Positions 20,094-30,116 of a stretch of 64,000 bases of DNA are shown here, piece by piece. Numbering within the stretch: the stretch's first letter is position 1; every line of letters starts with the position of its first letter. The translations under genes were made by a program, and so were the position numbers. Where the stretch lies: positions 227,202 through 291,201 of the forward strand of contig CBFGKH010000002.1 in NCBI GenBank assembly GCA_965649295.1, given 5' to 3'. The notes beneath the pieces were generated by a model that saw only the letters and a program-made list of their open reading frames with translations, searched no databases and was not told the origin of the DNA. This stretch comes from a candidate division WOR-3 bacterium. Its GTDB lineage: Bacteria > Hydrothermota > Tepidihabitantia > Tepidihabitantales > Tepidihabitantaceae.

Positions 20094-20492
20094 ATGAAAG
20101 CGATATTCTGGCTGCTACTACTGATTTTTGTCGGACTACTGGGCTGGTTGAGCTATGACTTCATCGTCAACCGCCGGGCCCAGGCCGATGTCGTGCGGTT
20201 TGATTCTCACCCGGATTCAATCGCGGCCTATCAACAGCGACTGGCCGAGCTTGAGGCCCGAGCCGAGTCGCTCCGCCAGCGATTCAACGCGACCAACATT
20301 CTGCGCCGGCCAGCGGTCAATGCCCGGCTGATGCAGCTTGAGGAGGATATCGCGGCTCTGCGGCGGGCGATCGAGGCTTGGGAAGCAGCCAGTCGCAGCA
20401 CCGACCTGTATCGTCAGTGCATTCTGATGTACGGCAAGGCCTCCGGTGTCTGCGATGCCCTTGCTTTGGATACGCTGCCGATCAGCGAGTAG
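20094..20492 (+). CDS. Hypothetical single-pass membrane coiled-coil protein (paralog B)
   Basis: N-terminal TM helix; shares IAALRRxIExW and DLYRQ..L.YG with upstream ORF. Confidence 0.75.
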   Translation: MKAIFWLLLLIFVGLLGWLSYDFIVNRRAQADVVRFDSHPDSIAAYQQRLAELEARAESLRQRFNATNILRRPAVNARLMQLEEDIAALRRAIEAWEAASRSTDLYRQCILMYGKASGVCDALALDTLPISE

Positions 20493-22025
20493 TTGTTGGA
20501 TCGAGTCCTCGTTCTTGATTTCGGGTCCCAGTACAACCAGCTCATTGCTCGGCGGGTGCGCGAGCTTTCGGTTTACTCCGAGATCGTCCGGCACGATATT
20601 ACCGCCGAGGAAATACTGGCCCGGGGCGCGCGGGCGCTGATTCTTTCGGGCGGGCCGGCTAGCGTTCGGCAACCGCGGCCGCCGCTGCCCGACCCGGCAA
20701 TCTTCAACATCGGCGTGCCGGTCTTGGGTATCTGCTATGGGATGCAGGCCATGGCCCGGTTACTCGGTGGCCGCGTTGTGACTGGCGAGAAGCGGGAGTA
20801 TGGTTTTGCCCAGGTGCAGGTGGTGGGGAAGTCGCCGCTGTTCGCCGGCCTTGGGCAAAGGTTTCAGGCCTGGATGAGCCACGGCGATACCGTCACCAGT
20901 CTGCCCAAAGGGTTCCGCGTCATTGGCCGCACCGCCAGCATCAATTGCGCCGCGTTTGCCGACGACTCCCGGCGCAGCTATGGAGTCCAGTTCCATCCCG
21001 AAGTGGAGCACACGCCGCTTGGCCGGCAGCTACTCGCCAACTTCGTGCTCAAGATTGCCGGCGCCGAGCCGAACTGGACGATGCAGTCGTTCATCCGCGA
21101 GAAAGTTGCGGAGATTGCCGCTCGCGTTGGTCAGGAGAAAGTCCTCTGCGCAGTCTCGGGCGGCGTTGATTCTTCGGTAATGGCGGCCTTGCTGGCAAGA
21201 GCAGTCGGCCGCCGGCTCGTGGCTGTCTTTGTGGATAACGGGCTACTCCGGAAGGGTGAGGCCGGACAGGTGCGTAGGGCGCTTGGCTCACGACTCGGGC
21301 TTGTTGTCGTGGATGCCCGCGAACGATTTCTTGCCCGGCTGCGTGGTGTTACCAACCCCGAACGCAAACGCCGAATTATCGGCCATGAGTTCATCCGGGT
21401 TTTTGAGGAGCAGGCAGCAAAGTATGGGCCGATACGGTTCCTCGCTCAGGGCACGCTCTACCCTGACCTGATTGAGTCGCGCTCAGCCTTCGGTGGCCCA
21501 TCGGCAACGATCAAGACCCATCATAACGTTGGCGGTCTGCCCAAGAAGATGCGGCTGGAACTGATTGAGCCGCTGCGGGAACTGTTCAAGGACGAGGTGC
21601 GCGAACTGGGCCGGGCGCTCGGGCTGCCTGATGAGCTGATTCACCGGCACCCGTTTCCCGGGCCCGGGCTGGCAGTGCGGGTGCTTGGTGCGGTGACCGC
21701 GGAGCGGGTGCGACTGCTGCAGGAAGCCGACGCCATCTTCATCGCCGAACTGCGCCAGCAAGGGCTTTATGACAAAGTCTGGCAGGCGCTGGCAGTGTTA
21801 CTGCCGGTCCGGTCGGTCGGGGTGATGGGCGACGAACGAACCTACGAGAACGTTATCGCCCTGCGGGCTGTCACTTCGACCGACGCGATGACCGCGGACT
21901 GGGCGCGGCTGCCTAGTGACTTTCTCGCGCGGGTGAGCAACCGCATCATCAATGAGATTCGCGGCATCAACCGCGTCGTTTACGACATCTCGTCCAAGCC
22001 GCCGGCAACAATTGAGTGGGAATAG
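20493..22025 (+). CDS. guaA: GMP synthase (glutamine-hydrolysing)
   Basis: [53 protein letters not shown]. Confidence 0.98.
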   Translation: MLDRVLVLDFGSQYNQLIARRVRELSVYSEIVRHDITAEEILARGARALILSGGPASVRQPRPPLPDPAIFNIGVPVLGICYGMQAMARLLGGRVVTGEKREYGFAQVQVVGKSPLFAGLGQRFQAWMSHGDTVTSLPKGFRVIGRTASINCAAFADDSRRSYGVQFHPEVEHTPLGRQLLANFVLKIAGAEPNWTMQSFIREKVAEIAARVGQEKVLCAVSGGVDSSVMAALLARAVGRRLVAVFVDNGLLRKGEAGQVRRALGSRLGLVVVDARERFLARLRGVTNPERKRRIIGHEFIRVFEEQAAKYGPIRFLAQGTLYPDLIESRSAFGGPSATIKTHHNVGGLPKKMRLELIEPLRELFKDEVRELGRALGLPDELIHRHPFPGPGLAVRVLGAVTAERVRLLQEADAIFIAELRQQGLYDKVWQALAVLLPVRSVGVMGDERTYENVIALRAVTSTDAMTADWARLPSDFLARVSNRIINEIRGINRVVYDISSKPPATIEWE

Positions 22026-22080
22026 GCGGCCCCTGTCGGACGGCCGGGCGCAAGTTTCTTGGTAGCGGTTGACCGGTGAC

Positions 22081-22108
22081 TTGACACGAGGGTAGGGAGT
22101 GCTACAGT
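22081..22108 (+). promoter_or_regulatory. Sigma70-type promoter
   Basis: TTGACA-N16-TACAGT. Confidence 0.6.
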
Positions 22109-22166
22109 AAGCCGTGCTGTCGTCAGGGGAGCGTTCGCATTTGTCCGCGATGGCCAGGGGTCAGTG

Positions 22167-24932
22167 ATGACTGGACCTTGGTGGTCCTTACTTAGTTACA
22201 CCGCGTTTCTCACCTACCTGGTGCTCGCAGTCGTGGTACTGCGGCGGGGGCCACGTGCGGCTCTCAACTGGTCGTGTGCGCTCTTTCTATTGGCGCTTGC
22301 CTGCTGGAGCCTCGAGGATGTCTTTCACGGTAATCCGGCGCTGGCCGAAAACTATGTCCGAATGTTCTCACACATCGGCACGGTCGGCCGGGCCAGCGGC
22401 GGCAGCCTCTTTCTCTGGTTTGTTCTCCTGCTGACAGGGCGCGAGTGGCTTCTCCGTCGCTGGTGGCTCTACCCCTTGCTGATTGGTGCGCCAGTCGCGT
22501 TTGCGGTCGGACTCTGGACCGGCGCGTTTCCGGCGGTAGCAAGGCTTCACAGTTTCGGCTGGGTTGTCTTCTGGCCGAACTCGGCTTGGTCGGTTGCCTA
22601 CTACGGCTATCTCGTGCTTACCTTGACAATTGCCATCGGCCTGCTCTGGCAGGCCCGGCAGCGGGCGACCGAACCGAACGTCCGGCGTCGGCTCGGTTTG
22701 ATTATTGCCACAACGGTACTGGCGTTCTTGCTGGCGGTGCTCTTTGATGTGGTGCTCTCTTCGTCGCCGCGGCCGCTGCCCGAACTCGGGAGTTCGCTGG
22801 CGCTTATCTGGGCAATCGGTCTGACCGTGAGCATGACCCGACATGGACTCTTGGCGGTCGAGCCGGAGAGGGCAGCACGGGAGACATTGGCAACGATTCC
22901 CGATGCGGTGCTACTGCTCGGTGCTGATGGCCGAATCAGCTCGGCCAATCCGGCTCTTGCCGGGCTGACCGGCCAACCGGTTGAGGCCGCTATCGGTCGT
23001 CCGGTGACCGAGCTGTTCACTCATCCCGAACTGGCGGCTGAAGAACTGGCCGAGACCTGGGTCGCGCAGCGGCGGCGGACGTTCGCGCTGGAGTGCCGGG
23101 CCGCTGACGGTTCGGTTGTGCCGGTGAGTGTCAAGGATCAGGCGATTCGGGCCGGCAAGCGGCTGGTCGGCGCGGTTTGGATACTGCACGACGAGCGCGA
23201 CCGGGTCCAGGCCGAGCTGGCACGACGGGTCAGCGCCGAAAACTACCGTTCCTTTGTCCAGAACTTTGCCGGCATTGCCTTTGAGGCCGATCTTGACTTC
23301 CGAATCCGGTTCCTGCACGGTGCGGTGCGCGAGATTACCGGGTATGATGCGGCCGAGTTTGAATCAGGGCGGGTGCGCTGGCGGGACATCATCCATCCTG
23401 ACGATGTGGCACGGCTGCGGGCCGGTACCAAGCGGCTGCGCACCGTGGCCAACTGTACGGTGGTGCGTGACTATCGCATCATTCGTCAGGACGGTTCGAT
23501 TGGCTGGGTGCAGGAGCGGCTCTGGAATGTCACCGGCCCGGATGGCCAGCCGGTTCGCATCCACGGCACGGTGACCGACGTGACCGAGCAGCGGCGCACC
23601 ATGGAAGAACTTGCTGAACTCAACCGGTTTCGAGCGAGCATCATTGATAACGCGAACATCCTCTTGGTGGTCGTTGACCCCGAGATGCGGGTTGTGGTTT
23701 GGAACAAGGCGGCAGAGCGGATTACCGGCTACCAGCAGGCGGAGGTGGTCGGTCGGGTGGATATCTGGCGGCGACTATTCCCGGACGAAGGAGAGCGCCG
23801 GCGCTTGCAGGCGGAGAATCGGTCGTTCATCGAGCAGGGGCTGGCGCGGAGCAATGTTGACGCGCCAATCGTCTGTGCCGATGGCCGGCAGCGGGAGGTC
23901 AACTGGACGTTTCAGCCGATGGTCGGGCCTGACGGCAAGTTGAGCAACTTTGTGATGCTGGGCGAGGATGTGACCGAGCTGCGGCAGGCTCAGCGGGAGC
24001 AGGACCGGCATCTTCGGGACCTGACGTTGCTTGCCCAGACCGCGATGGAGCTGACCGACATCGCGCTGGAGGCCGATATCTACGGGCTTGTTGCCGAGCG
24101 GCTGCAGCAGTTGACCGGCGCGGCGCTGGTCTTTGTCAATACCTTTGACGCGGCCACGAGCCTACTGACGGTTCGCGCTGCGTTTGGGCTTGACGCAAAG
24201 CAGGCGACCGGACTTATCGGTCAGCCGCCGTTTGGTTTCACCATTAGGATTGACGCCGAACGGCGCGAGCTGCTGCGCAGCGGGACGTTGGTCCCGATAC
24301 CCGGCGGGCTGCGTCAGGTGGGCACGGGCGTGCTGCCCGACATTGCCTGTCAGGTCCTGGAGCAGTTCTATGGACTGGGCCAGGCGTATGCAATCGGCTT
24401 TGTCTGGCAGGGCGAGCTCGTGGGCAATGCCATCATCCTGCTGCCGGCCGGCGCGAAGCTTACTGACCCGAGTGCGGTGGAAGCGCTGGTCCGGCAGGCG
24501 GCCAGTGCGATGCGCCGCCGCGCTGCCGAGGCAGCCTTGCGCGAGAGCGAGCAGCGCTACCGGGCCGTGGTTGAGAATGCCGGAGACGGGATTGCGATTG
24601 TTCAGGACGGCTTGGTCGTCTATGCCAACCCCAGTCTCTGTCGGCTGGCCGGCCGCGAGCCGGCCGAGGTTATCAACCGGCCTTTCACCGAGTTTCTGGC
24701 AGCAGAAAGCCGGGCAACGGTTCTCGACTACTACCAACGCCGGATGGCGGGTGAGGCGGTGCCGGCCGACTATCAGGCGGTGCTTGGTCTTGCTGACCTT
24801 CGGGCCAATGTCGAAATCAGTGCCCGAGTGATAGACTACGGTGGCAGGCCGGCTGACCTCGTGGTCGTGCGCGGTGTTGGTCTGGCGGCGCGGTCAGCTA
24901 GCGCGGCTTCTCACCAAAAACCTGACCGGTAA
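22167..24932 (+). CDS. 7TM (HisKA_7TM-like) multi-PAS/GAF sensor with no recognisable output domain
   Basis: About 7 TM segments, then PAS (ANPA, IHPDD, WNKAAE, DVTE), a GAF-like region and a final PAS; no H-box, GGDEF or EAL. Confidence 0.8.
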   Translation: MTGPWWSLLSYTAFLTYLVLAVVVLRRGPRAALNWSCALFLLALACWSLEDVFHGNPALAENYVRMFSHIGTVGRASGGSLFLWFVLLLTGREWLLRRWWLYPLLIGAPVAFAVGLWTGAFPAVARLHSFGWVVFWPNSAWSVAYYGYLVLTLTIAIGLLWQARQRATEPNVRRRLGLIIATTVLAFLLAVLFDVVLSSSPRPLPELGSSLALIWAIGLTVSMTRHGLLAVEPERAARETLATIPDAVLLLGADGRISSANPALAGLTGQPVEAAIGRPVTELFTHPELAAEELAETWVAQRRRTFALECRAADGSVVPVSVKDQAIRAGKRLVGAVWILHDERDRVQAELARRVSAENYRSFVQNFAGIAFEADLDFRIRFLHGAVREITGYDAAEFESGRVRWRDIIHPDDVARLRAGTKRLRTVANCTVVRDYRIIRQDGSIGWVQERLWNVTGPDGQPVRIHGTVTDVTEQRRTMEELAELNRFRASIIDNANILLVVVDPEMRVVVWNKAAERITGYQQAEVVGRVDIWRRLFPDEGERRRLQAENRSFIEQGLARSNVDAPIVCADGRQREVNWTFQPMVGPDGKLSNFVMLGEDVTELRQAQREQDRHLRDLTLLAQTAMELTDIALEADIYGLVAERLQQLTGAALVFVNTFDAATSLLTVRAAFGLDAKQATGLIGQPPFGFTIRIDAERRELLRSGTLVPIPGGLRQVGTGVLPDIACQVLEQFYGLGQAYAIGFVWQGELVGNAIILLPAGAKLTDPSAVEALVRQAASAMRRRAAEAALRESEQRYRAVVENAGDGIAIVQDGLVVYANPSLCRLAGREPAEVINRPFTEFLAAESRATVLDYYQRRMAGEAVPADYQAVLGLADLRANVEISARVIDYGGRPADLVVVRGVGLAARSASAASHQKPDR

Positions 24933-26412
24933 AGACAAAGAGCTGGGCGTCTTTGTCGAGGTAGGCGTTGCGCGGCAGTCCGGCTTTGAGGCAGGTGTGT
25001 TCGAGGAATTGCTGGCGGTTCCAGCCCTGTTCAACCGGCACCTGGGGCAGTAGCAGGCCGGAGCGGTAGCCCTTGCGAATGACGAGACCGTGCTTGCCGA
25101 CGACGACTGACTCGGGCGAGGCAATGGGCCGCAGCGGACTGAGGACGGTGATTTCGATGTCAATTGCCCCAAGCTCATCGGGTTTGACCGGAGAAAAGCG
25201 CGGGTCCTCGGTTGCCGCGGCGATGGCCATGTCGCGGACTGCCTGATACAACGGCTTATAGGCCTCGACATAGCCGATGCAACCGCGCAGCTCGCCACCT
25301 TTGTGCAGGGTGACAAAGACACCGCGCGGCTCGCGGAGTCGCTCGGTCACCGCCTCCGGTTCGGGCACGGCCTGACCGCGGACGTGGCTTTCGATTGTCG
25401 TGCGGGCAATTCGCAACAGACTCTGCTGCTCTTGGGGGGTCAGCTCGTCGCCGTGCTCGTCAGCGGGCTTGCCTTTGGCGGCGATGAACGCCACCGCGCT
25501 GTAGCCGACGCAGTAGCCGCCCCGTTCGCCGATGACATCGTTCGAATTGGTCTGACCGAGCAATACCGCCCGGCCCGCACCCAGTTCCCGGGCCGCGACC
25601 TCTACCGTCACGACCGCATAGCCGCCGCAGGCTTGGGCCGCGTCGGTGGCGAGCTTGTCGTAGAGCGCTTTCGGGTTGAAGTCGAGAATCGCCTTCACCG
25701 TGACGCTGTCAATTGCCCGGGCCGCAGTGTAGGACTCGCCGTGGTAGAGGTCGGTTGAGGCAACGAGGACAACCTGCCGGCCTTGGCTCGCAGCAGCAAT
25801 CGCCCGGCCGAGTTCCTGACACTCCCCAAAGGTCGGCTGCAGCAGCATTATTGGCACGAGCTTGAAGCTGGCGATAACCCGCTGCAGAAACGGCAACTGG
25901 ACCTCAATCGAGTGCTCGGCCGCATGGGCCTCGGGTAGCTCAGCCGCATAGGCGCACCGGCGGAGGATCTCCCGGGCCAGCTCCTCATCAATCGGTACGT
26001 CGCCAAGCGGGGTTCGCCACGCGCCGCGAGCATAGACCGCTGCCTTTCTAATCAACGCCCGGTGGCTCGTACCGACGATGATAACGGTGACGCCCTCGCG
26101 GCCGCGCAGCAGCCGAAAGGCGCGCGCCGCGGTTGGCCCGGAATAGGGATAGCCGGCATGGGGAACCTGAATTGCCACAATCTCGCCTTCAGCGGCCAGC
26201 GATTCGACCGCGGCCGCATTATCAATCAGCGCATCAACCATCGCGGCCAGTTGCCGACTCTCGGCCGGATAGAACTGGCCGGCTACTGCCGGTTGCCGAA
26301 TCATAGCCACCTCCTGCTTCGGGACCGGCGCAGCGCACGTTGCGGCCACAAGCAGTGCCAGCAACACCGGCACCGGCCGGGTGGGCTGGTGACGCTGGCT
26401 GATTGGCAGCAT
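24898..26412 (-). CDS. AmmeMemoRadiSam protein B + A fusion (MEMO1-AMMECR1)
   Basis: RQPAVAGQFYP, VPHAGY.YSG, EHSIEVQLPFLQ, ASTDLYH, ACG; then GVFVTL, LRGCIG, DPRF, GLLLPQV. Alternative start at 26304. Confidence 0.92.
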   Translation of the reverse strand: MLPISQRHQPTRPVPVLLALLVAATCAAPVPKQEVAMIRQPAVAGQFYPAESRQLAAMVDALIDNAAAVESLAAEGEIVAIQVPHAGYPYSGPTAARAFRLLRGREGVTVIIVGTSHRALIRKAAVYARGAWRTPLGDVPIDEELAREILRRCAYAAELPEAHAAEHSIEVQLPFLQRVIASFKLVPIMLLQPTFGECQELGRAIAAASQGRQVVLVASTDLYHGESYTAARAIDSVTVKAILDFNPKALYDKLATDAAQACGGYAVVTVEVAARELGAGRAVLLGQTNSNDVIGERGGYCVGYSAVAFIAAKGKPADEHGDELTPQEQQSLLRIARTTIESHVRGQAVPEPEAVTERLREPRGVFVTLHKGGELRGCIGYVEAYKPLYQAVRDMAIAAATEDPRFSPVKPDELGAIDIEITVLSPLRPIASPESVVVGKHGLVIRKGYRSGLLLPQVPVEQGWNRQQFLEHTCLKAGLPRNAYLDKDAQLFVFTGQVFGEKPR

Positions 26413-27365
26413 CAGAGCTTGCTCCACTTGCCGCAACGGTCACCGTGGCGGTCAATAACAGTGTTCTCACGCAAGGTCTCAACCACCTCGCAACGGTTCG
26501 GACAGCCCTCACACTCAAAAGCTCGGGTCGAGAAGCCGATGTCGGCGACCGCAAACCCGGCAAAGCGCGACTCTTGATTAGCGGTTCGCTCGGCCGCGAG
26601 CAGGGCAGCGCCGAGTGCGCCCATTACCAAGAAGTGCTCGGGCACCACCACTTCCTGGCCGAGCATCTGTTCAAATGAACGGCGGACCCCGATATTGGCG
26701 GCCACCCCGCCCTGGAAAAGAATCGTCGGCTGGAGTTCTTTGCCTTTGGCCACCGTGTTCAGGTAGTTGCGGACAATCGCATCGCACAACCCGGCGATGA
26801 TATCCTCGGTGGCGATTCCGAGCTGGGCCTTGTGCACCATGTCGCTTTCGGCAAAAACGGTGCAGCGGCCAGCAATATTGACCCGATTCTTGGCCCGCAG
26901 GGCCAGCCCCCCAAACTCCTCAATCGGAATCCCGAGCCGGGTAGCCTGATGGTCAAGAAACGAGCCGGTGCCGGCAGCACAGACCGTATTCATCGCAAAG
27001 TCAACCGGAATGCCGTCGCGGAGAATGATAATCTTTGAGTCCTGCCCGCCAATCTCGATGACCGTTCTGACGTCGGGATAGAAGTGGCCGGCCGCGACCG
27101 CGTGGGCGATGATTTCGTTCTTGACGATATCGGCCTGAATCATCACTCCGGCAAGCCGTCGGGCCGAGCCGGTCGTGCCGGCACCGCGGATCCGGACACC
27201 GTTGACCTGAGTACCAAGCTCGGCGAGCAGGGTGCGAATCGAGTTTATCGGATTGCCCTGAGTGCGCAGGTAGCGGGTGGCAATCACATTGAAGTCCCGG
27301 TCCAGCACCACCCCTTTGGTCGAAATCGAGCCGACGTCAATGCCGACAAAACCGTCGGTGGGCAT
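26412..27365 (-). CDS. 2-hydroxyacyl-CoA dehydratase activator-type ATPase (BadF/BadG/BcrA/BcrD)
   Basis: GIDVGSISTK, EIIAH, EIGGQDSK, MNTVCAAGTGSFL, RCTVFAESD, FQGGVA; C-terminal CEGCPNRC. Confidence 0.92.
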   Translation of the reverse strand: MPTDGFVGIDVGSISTKGVVLDRDFNVIATRYLRTQGNPINSIRTLLAELGTQVNGVRIRGAGTTGSARRLAGVMIQADIVKNEIIAHAVAAGHFYPDVRTVIEIGGQDSKIIILRDGIPVDFAMNTVCAAGTGSFLDHQATRLGIPIEEFGGLALRAKNRVNIAGRCTVFAESDMVHKAQLGIATEDIIAGLCDAIVRNYLNTVAKGKELQPTILFQGGVAANIGVRRSFEQMLGQEVVVPEHFLVMGALGAALLAAERTANQESRFAGFAVADIGFSTRAFECEGCPNRCEVVETLRENTVIDRHGDRCGKWSKL

Positions 27366-27368
27366 AAC

Positions 27369-28457
27369 CTAGCCCTCGGCCACGCACACCACCGGCCGCG
27401 TGCCGGTCTTTGTCCCGAGCTTACGGCGTTGCACGAGGTCAACAAAGGCTTCGAGCCGGGTGAGTAGGCCGGTTCGCGAAGTGTGCTCGTCAAACGAAAG
27501 CGACAGCACCGGCACGCCGGTACGGGCCGAAAGCCGCTCCAGCGCCGAAAGAGCGATGTTCTCGGGCATACAGGTGAAGGGAAAGATGTGAACGATACCG
27601 TCAACCGGCTGGCGCGAGAAATAGACCGCCTCGCCAACAGTGCGATAGGCCTCGCCACCCGGACACTCGGCCAGATACTCTCTTGCCAACCGCGCCGAGC
27701 GGGCAAACTTCGGGTCAATCAGGAGTAGGTGGCGCAGGTGGCGATAAAGACTGCGCTCAAACACCACCTCGACCCCCAGCCGGCCCAGCTCCTTCTCAAT
27801 CTCCTGATTCGCAAACTGCTCAATCATAAAATAGATTTCACCCACCAGCGCCAATCTCGCTGCCGGCTTGCGGCTAGCGGTGCAAAACCGACGCTCCAGC
27901 TCAAAACGGGCCTTGCGAATCGCCGCGCTCGTCCGCACTCGCTCAAGCAACGGCAGCGCCTGCCTCCGCAGCGCCTCGGCCCCGGCAAAATCAACTGCCC
28001 GCCGCCGGTTGAGTAACTCCCGAAACCGCTGGGCGAGAAAGCTCTTTTGGAGCAGCAACGCGGTTGCCCGGACAACCCGGCTTGCCGGTACCCCAAAGAG
28101 CGCCGGCAAAACCCGAAACGCGCACTCCAACGGCGAATACTGGGCAATCGGAATCAAGCGGCAGCCCAGCCCGAGCCGCTGTAGCGTCTCGCCCTGCAAG
28201 TAGTGATAATACCCAAACCGGCACTTGCGCGCGCCGGCCGCCATCAGAATAGTATCAGCACCAAGCTCGGCCGCCTCAATCATATTGCCCAAGGTCAGCT
28301 TATAAGGCAGGCAAATCAGCTCCGGCGAATGGAGCACCCCCAGTTCCATTGTCCGGCGCGAGTTTGGCGGCGGCAGCACCACTTCGGCGCCCAGTTCCTC
28401 GACAAAAGTCTTCAGGGCATAAGTGTCGTAGCCAAACCGGGGAAAAGAGACCTTCAC
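27369..28457 (-). CDS. CoA-activase-associated protein (DUF2229 / dehydratase-like)
   Basis: SPELICLPYK..GN, CRFGYY, VGEIY, PFTCMPE, SFDEHT..TG..TRLEAF. Confidence 0.8.
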   Translation of the reverse strand: MKVSFPRFGYDTYALKTFVEELGAEVVLPPPNSRRTMELGVLHSPELICLPYKLTLGNMIEAAELGADTILMAAGARKCRFGYYHYLQGETLQRLGLGCRLIPIAQYSPLECAFRVLPALFGVPASRVVRATALLLQKSFLAQRFRELLNRRRAVDFAGAEALRRQALPLLERVRTSAAIRKARFELERRFCTASRKPAARLALVGEIYFMIEQFANQEIEKELGRLGVEVVFERSLYRHLRHLLLIDPKFARSARLAREYLAECPGGEAYRTVGEAVYFSRQPVDGIVHIFPFTCMPENIALSALERLSARTGVPVLSLSFDEHTSRTGLLTRLEAFVDLVQRRKLGTKTGTRPVVCVAEG

Positions 28458-28475
28458 GCTGCTGGCGGTAAAGGA

Positions 28476-29369
28476 CTAGGTCGGCCGGTTCCGTGCCTGC
28501 CGGCGCTCGGTCAACTCCAAAAAAGCCTCGATTCGGGTCACGAGCCCGGCCGTACCGGTGTGCTCGTCAATCACCAGCTCCAAAAACGGCACATCCCGTT
28601 CGGTCGCCTCTTTCCGCATAAACTCGGCCACTAGCGAATCCGGGCCGCAACCCATCGAAACGAGGAGGCAGATGCCATCCACCCGCGGCAACAGGAACCG
28701 GAAGGCATTATAAAGCTCGCGCTCATAGGCCCAGCGAATCTTGCCAGCAAGCCCGTCGCGCGAAGCGAGTAACCTTTGGGGCAGCTCATCCTTCGTACAA
28801 ATGCGATAGCCGTGCTCCCGCAAAGTCGCCGTCACCGCACCCGAAATGAAGTCGTCTTCGAGGTTGTAGAAATGGCTTATCAAGCCAATCCGCCGCTCAC
28901 CCGCCGGATAATCCGGCAGCGCCTCTTGCCGGGGCAAAAACCGCCGCGCCCGGGCCAGGGCCACCGCTGTCCGCACCGGACTGCCCGAAATAGCCACCCC
29001 GGCCCGAAAATGGGCAAACCACAGACTACCCTTGATAACCGGCGCAATGACCCGGCGATTTGGGCCGAGCACCATCCGAGCAATATCAACAATCCCAATC
29101 ATCTTCGGACAGGCGTAAAGCTTATCCTGAAGCCACAGAAGGCGCGGAAAGAAGATGGCATCGGTCTTGTCCGCTAGGTCGCGAATGTGACCGGCGGCAA
29201 TCTTGATGGGAATGCAGACCTCGCTTGGCACTACCGCCAGACCGTCGGCAAGCAACGCCTTGTCGGTGCGACGGCTAACAACAACATCGGCACCCAGTTC
29301 GGTGAGGAACTTGTGCCAGAATTGTCCGTAGCGATGGTAAAGCAAGGCCCGCGGGACACCGACTCGCAT
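28476..29369 (-). CDS. CoA-activase-associated protein (DUF2229)
   Basis: VGVPRALLY, EVCIPIK..GH, CPKMIG, GCGPDS, IDEHTG.AG..TRIEAF. Confidence 0.85.
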   Translation of the reverse strand: MRVGVPRALLYHRYGQFWHKFLTELGADVVVSRRTDKALLADGLAVVPSEVCIPIKIAAGHIRDLADKTDAIFFPRLLWLQDKLYACPKMIGIVDIARMVLGPNRRVIAPVIKGSLWFAHFRAGVAISGSPVRTAVALARARRFLPRQEALPDYPAGERRIGLISHFYNLEDDFISGAVTATLREHGYRICTKDELPQRLLASRDGLAGKIRWAYERELYNAFRFLLPRVDGICLLVSMGCGPDSLVAEFMRKEATERDVPFLELVIDEHTGTAGLVTRIEAFLELTERRQARNRPT

Positions 29370-29375
29370 CGTCGT

Positions 29376-29403
29376 ATTCTAAGACTCGGTGGCCGACTGT
29401 CAA
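29376..29403 (-). promoter_or_regulatory. Leaderless promoter of CoA-activase operon
   Basis: TTGACA-N16-TAGAAT, 6 nt before ATG 29369. Confidence 0.7.
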
Positions 29404-29434
29404 TACACCGGGGAAGGACTGGCGACGGATGCAG

Positions 29435-30091
29435 CTAGAAGCGAACGACCGGCTCGGCGGCCGGGCCGATGCGCAGGCCGGTACTGAGTGCCAGTCCGGA
29501 TAAGGCAAAGCCGGGAGGATTGCGGTGGCCGTAGTAGCTGGCTGGTAGGATTGGGAGAGCGTAGCTAAGACTAGTACAGAAGCCGGCGTAGCGTCTAGGG
29601 GACAAGCGCAGCCTGACCATGAACTCGAGCCCAGGCGCCGCAGCAACATGCCAGCCTACAAACCAGCGGCGTAGCTCAGGACGGCCCCAGAAGGTGTTGG
29701 CAGCATGGATAACGTCGGCCCAAACCGCTCCCTGCAGTTCGACTGTCGGCCGCAGCCAGCAGAACTCGACCGGTGACCAAGGGTAGCCAATCTCGAAAGA
29801 ACCCTGCAATAGGCCAAGGTCGCAGGTGATGATATCGCCAGTAGCGCGGAGAGCGCCAAGCCGTCCGCGGCCGCCGACAGTGACCGAGCCGACCAGTCTG
29901 GCGCCGTGCCCGCCCAGTGCCCAGATAGGCCGTTCGATTTGCGGCACCTCGCGGCAGCCGAGTTCAAGGCCGATTGCAGCCAGATGCTCGTTCAACCGCT
30001 CCACCCCCGGCCAAAGAGCAGAGACCTCGATGCCTCCAAAACCGGCGGCGGTGGTGCAGGCCAGGAGCAGCAGGGGTAGGAGTCGGAACAA
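29435..30091 (-). CDS. Hypothetical exported protein, possible outer-membrane beta-barrel
   Basis: Signal-like LLPLLLLA; Gly-rich alternating strands; terminal Phe; start uncertain (TTG 30091 chosen). Confidence 0.55.
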   Translation of the reverse strand: MFRLLPLLLLACTTAAGFGGIEVSALWPGVERLNEHLAAIGLELGCREVPQIERPIWALGGHGARLVGSVTVGGRGRLGALRATGDIITCDLGLLQGSFEIGYPWSPVEFCWLRPTVELQGAVWADVIHAANTFWGRPELRRWFVGWHVAAAPGLEFMVRLRLSPRRYAGFCTSLSYALPILPASYYGHRNPPGFALSGLALSTGLRIGPAAEPVVRF

Positions 30092-30116
30092 GCTAGCTCG
30101 CGGCGTTGGGTTGCGA

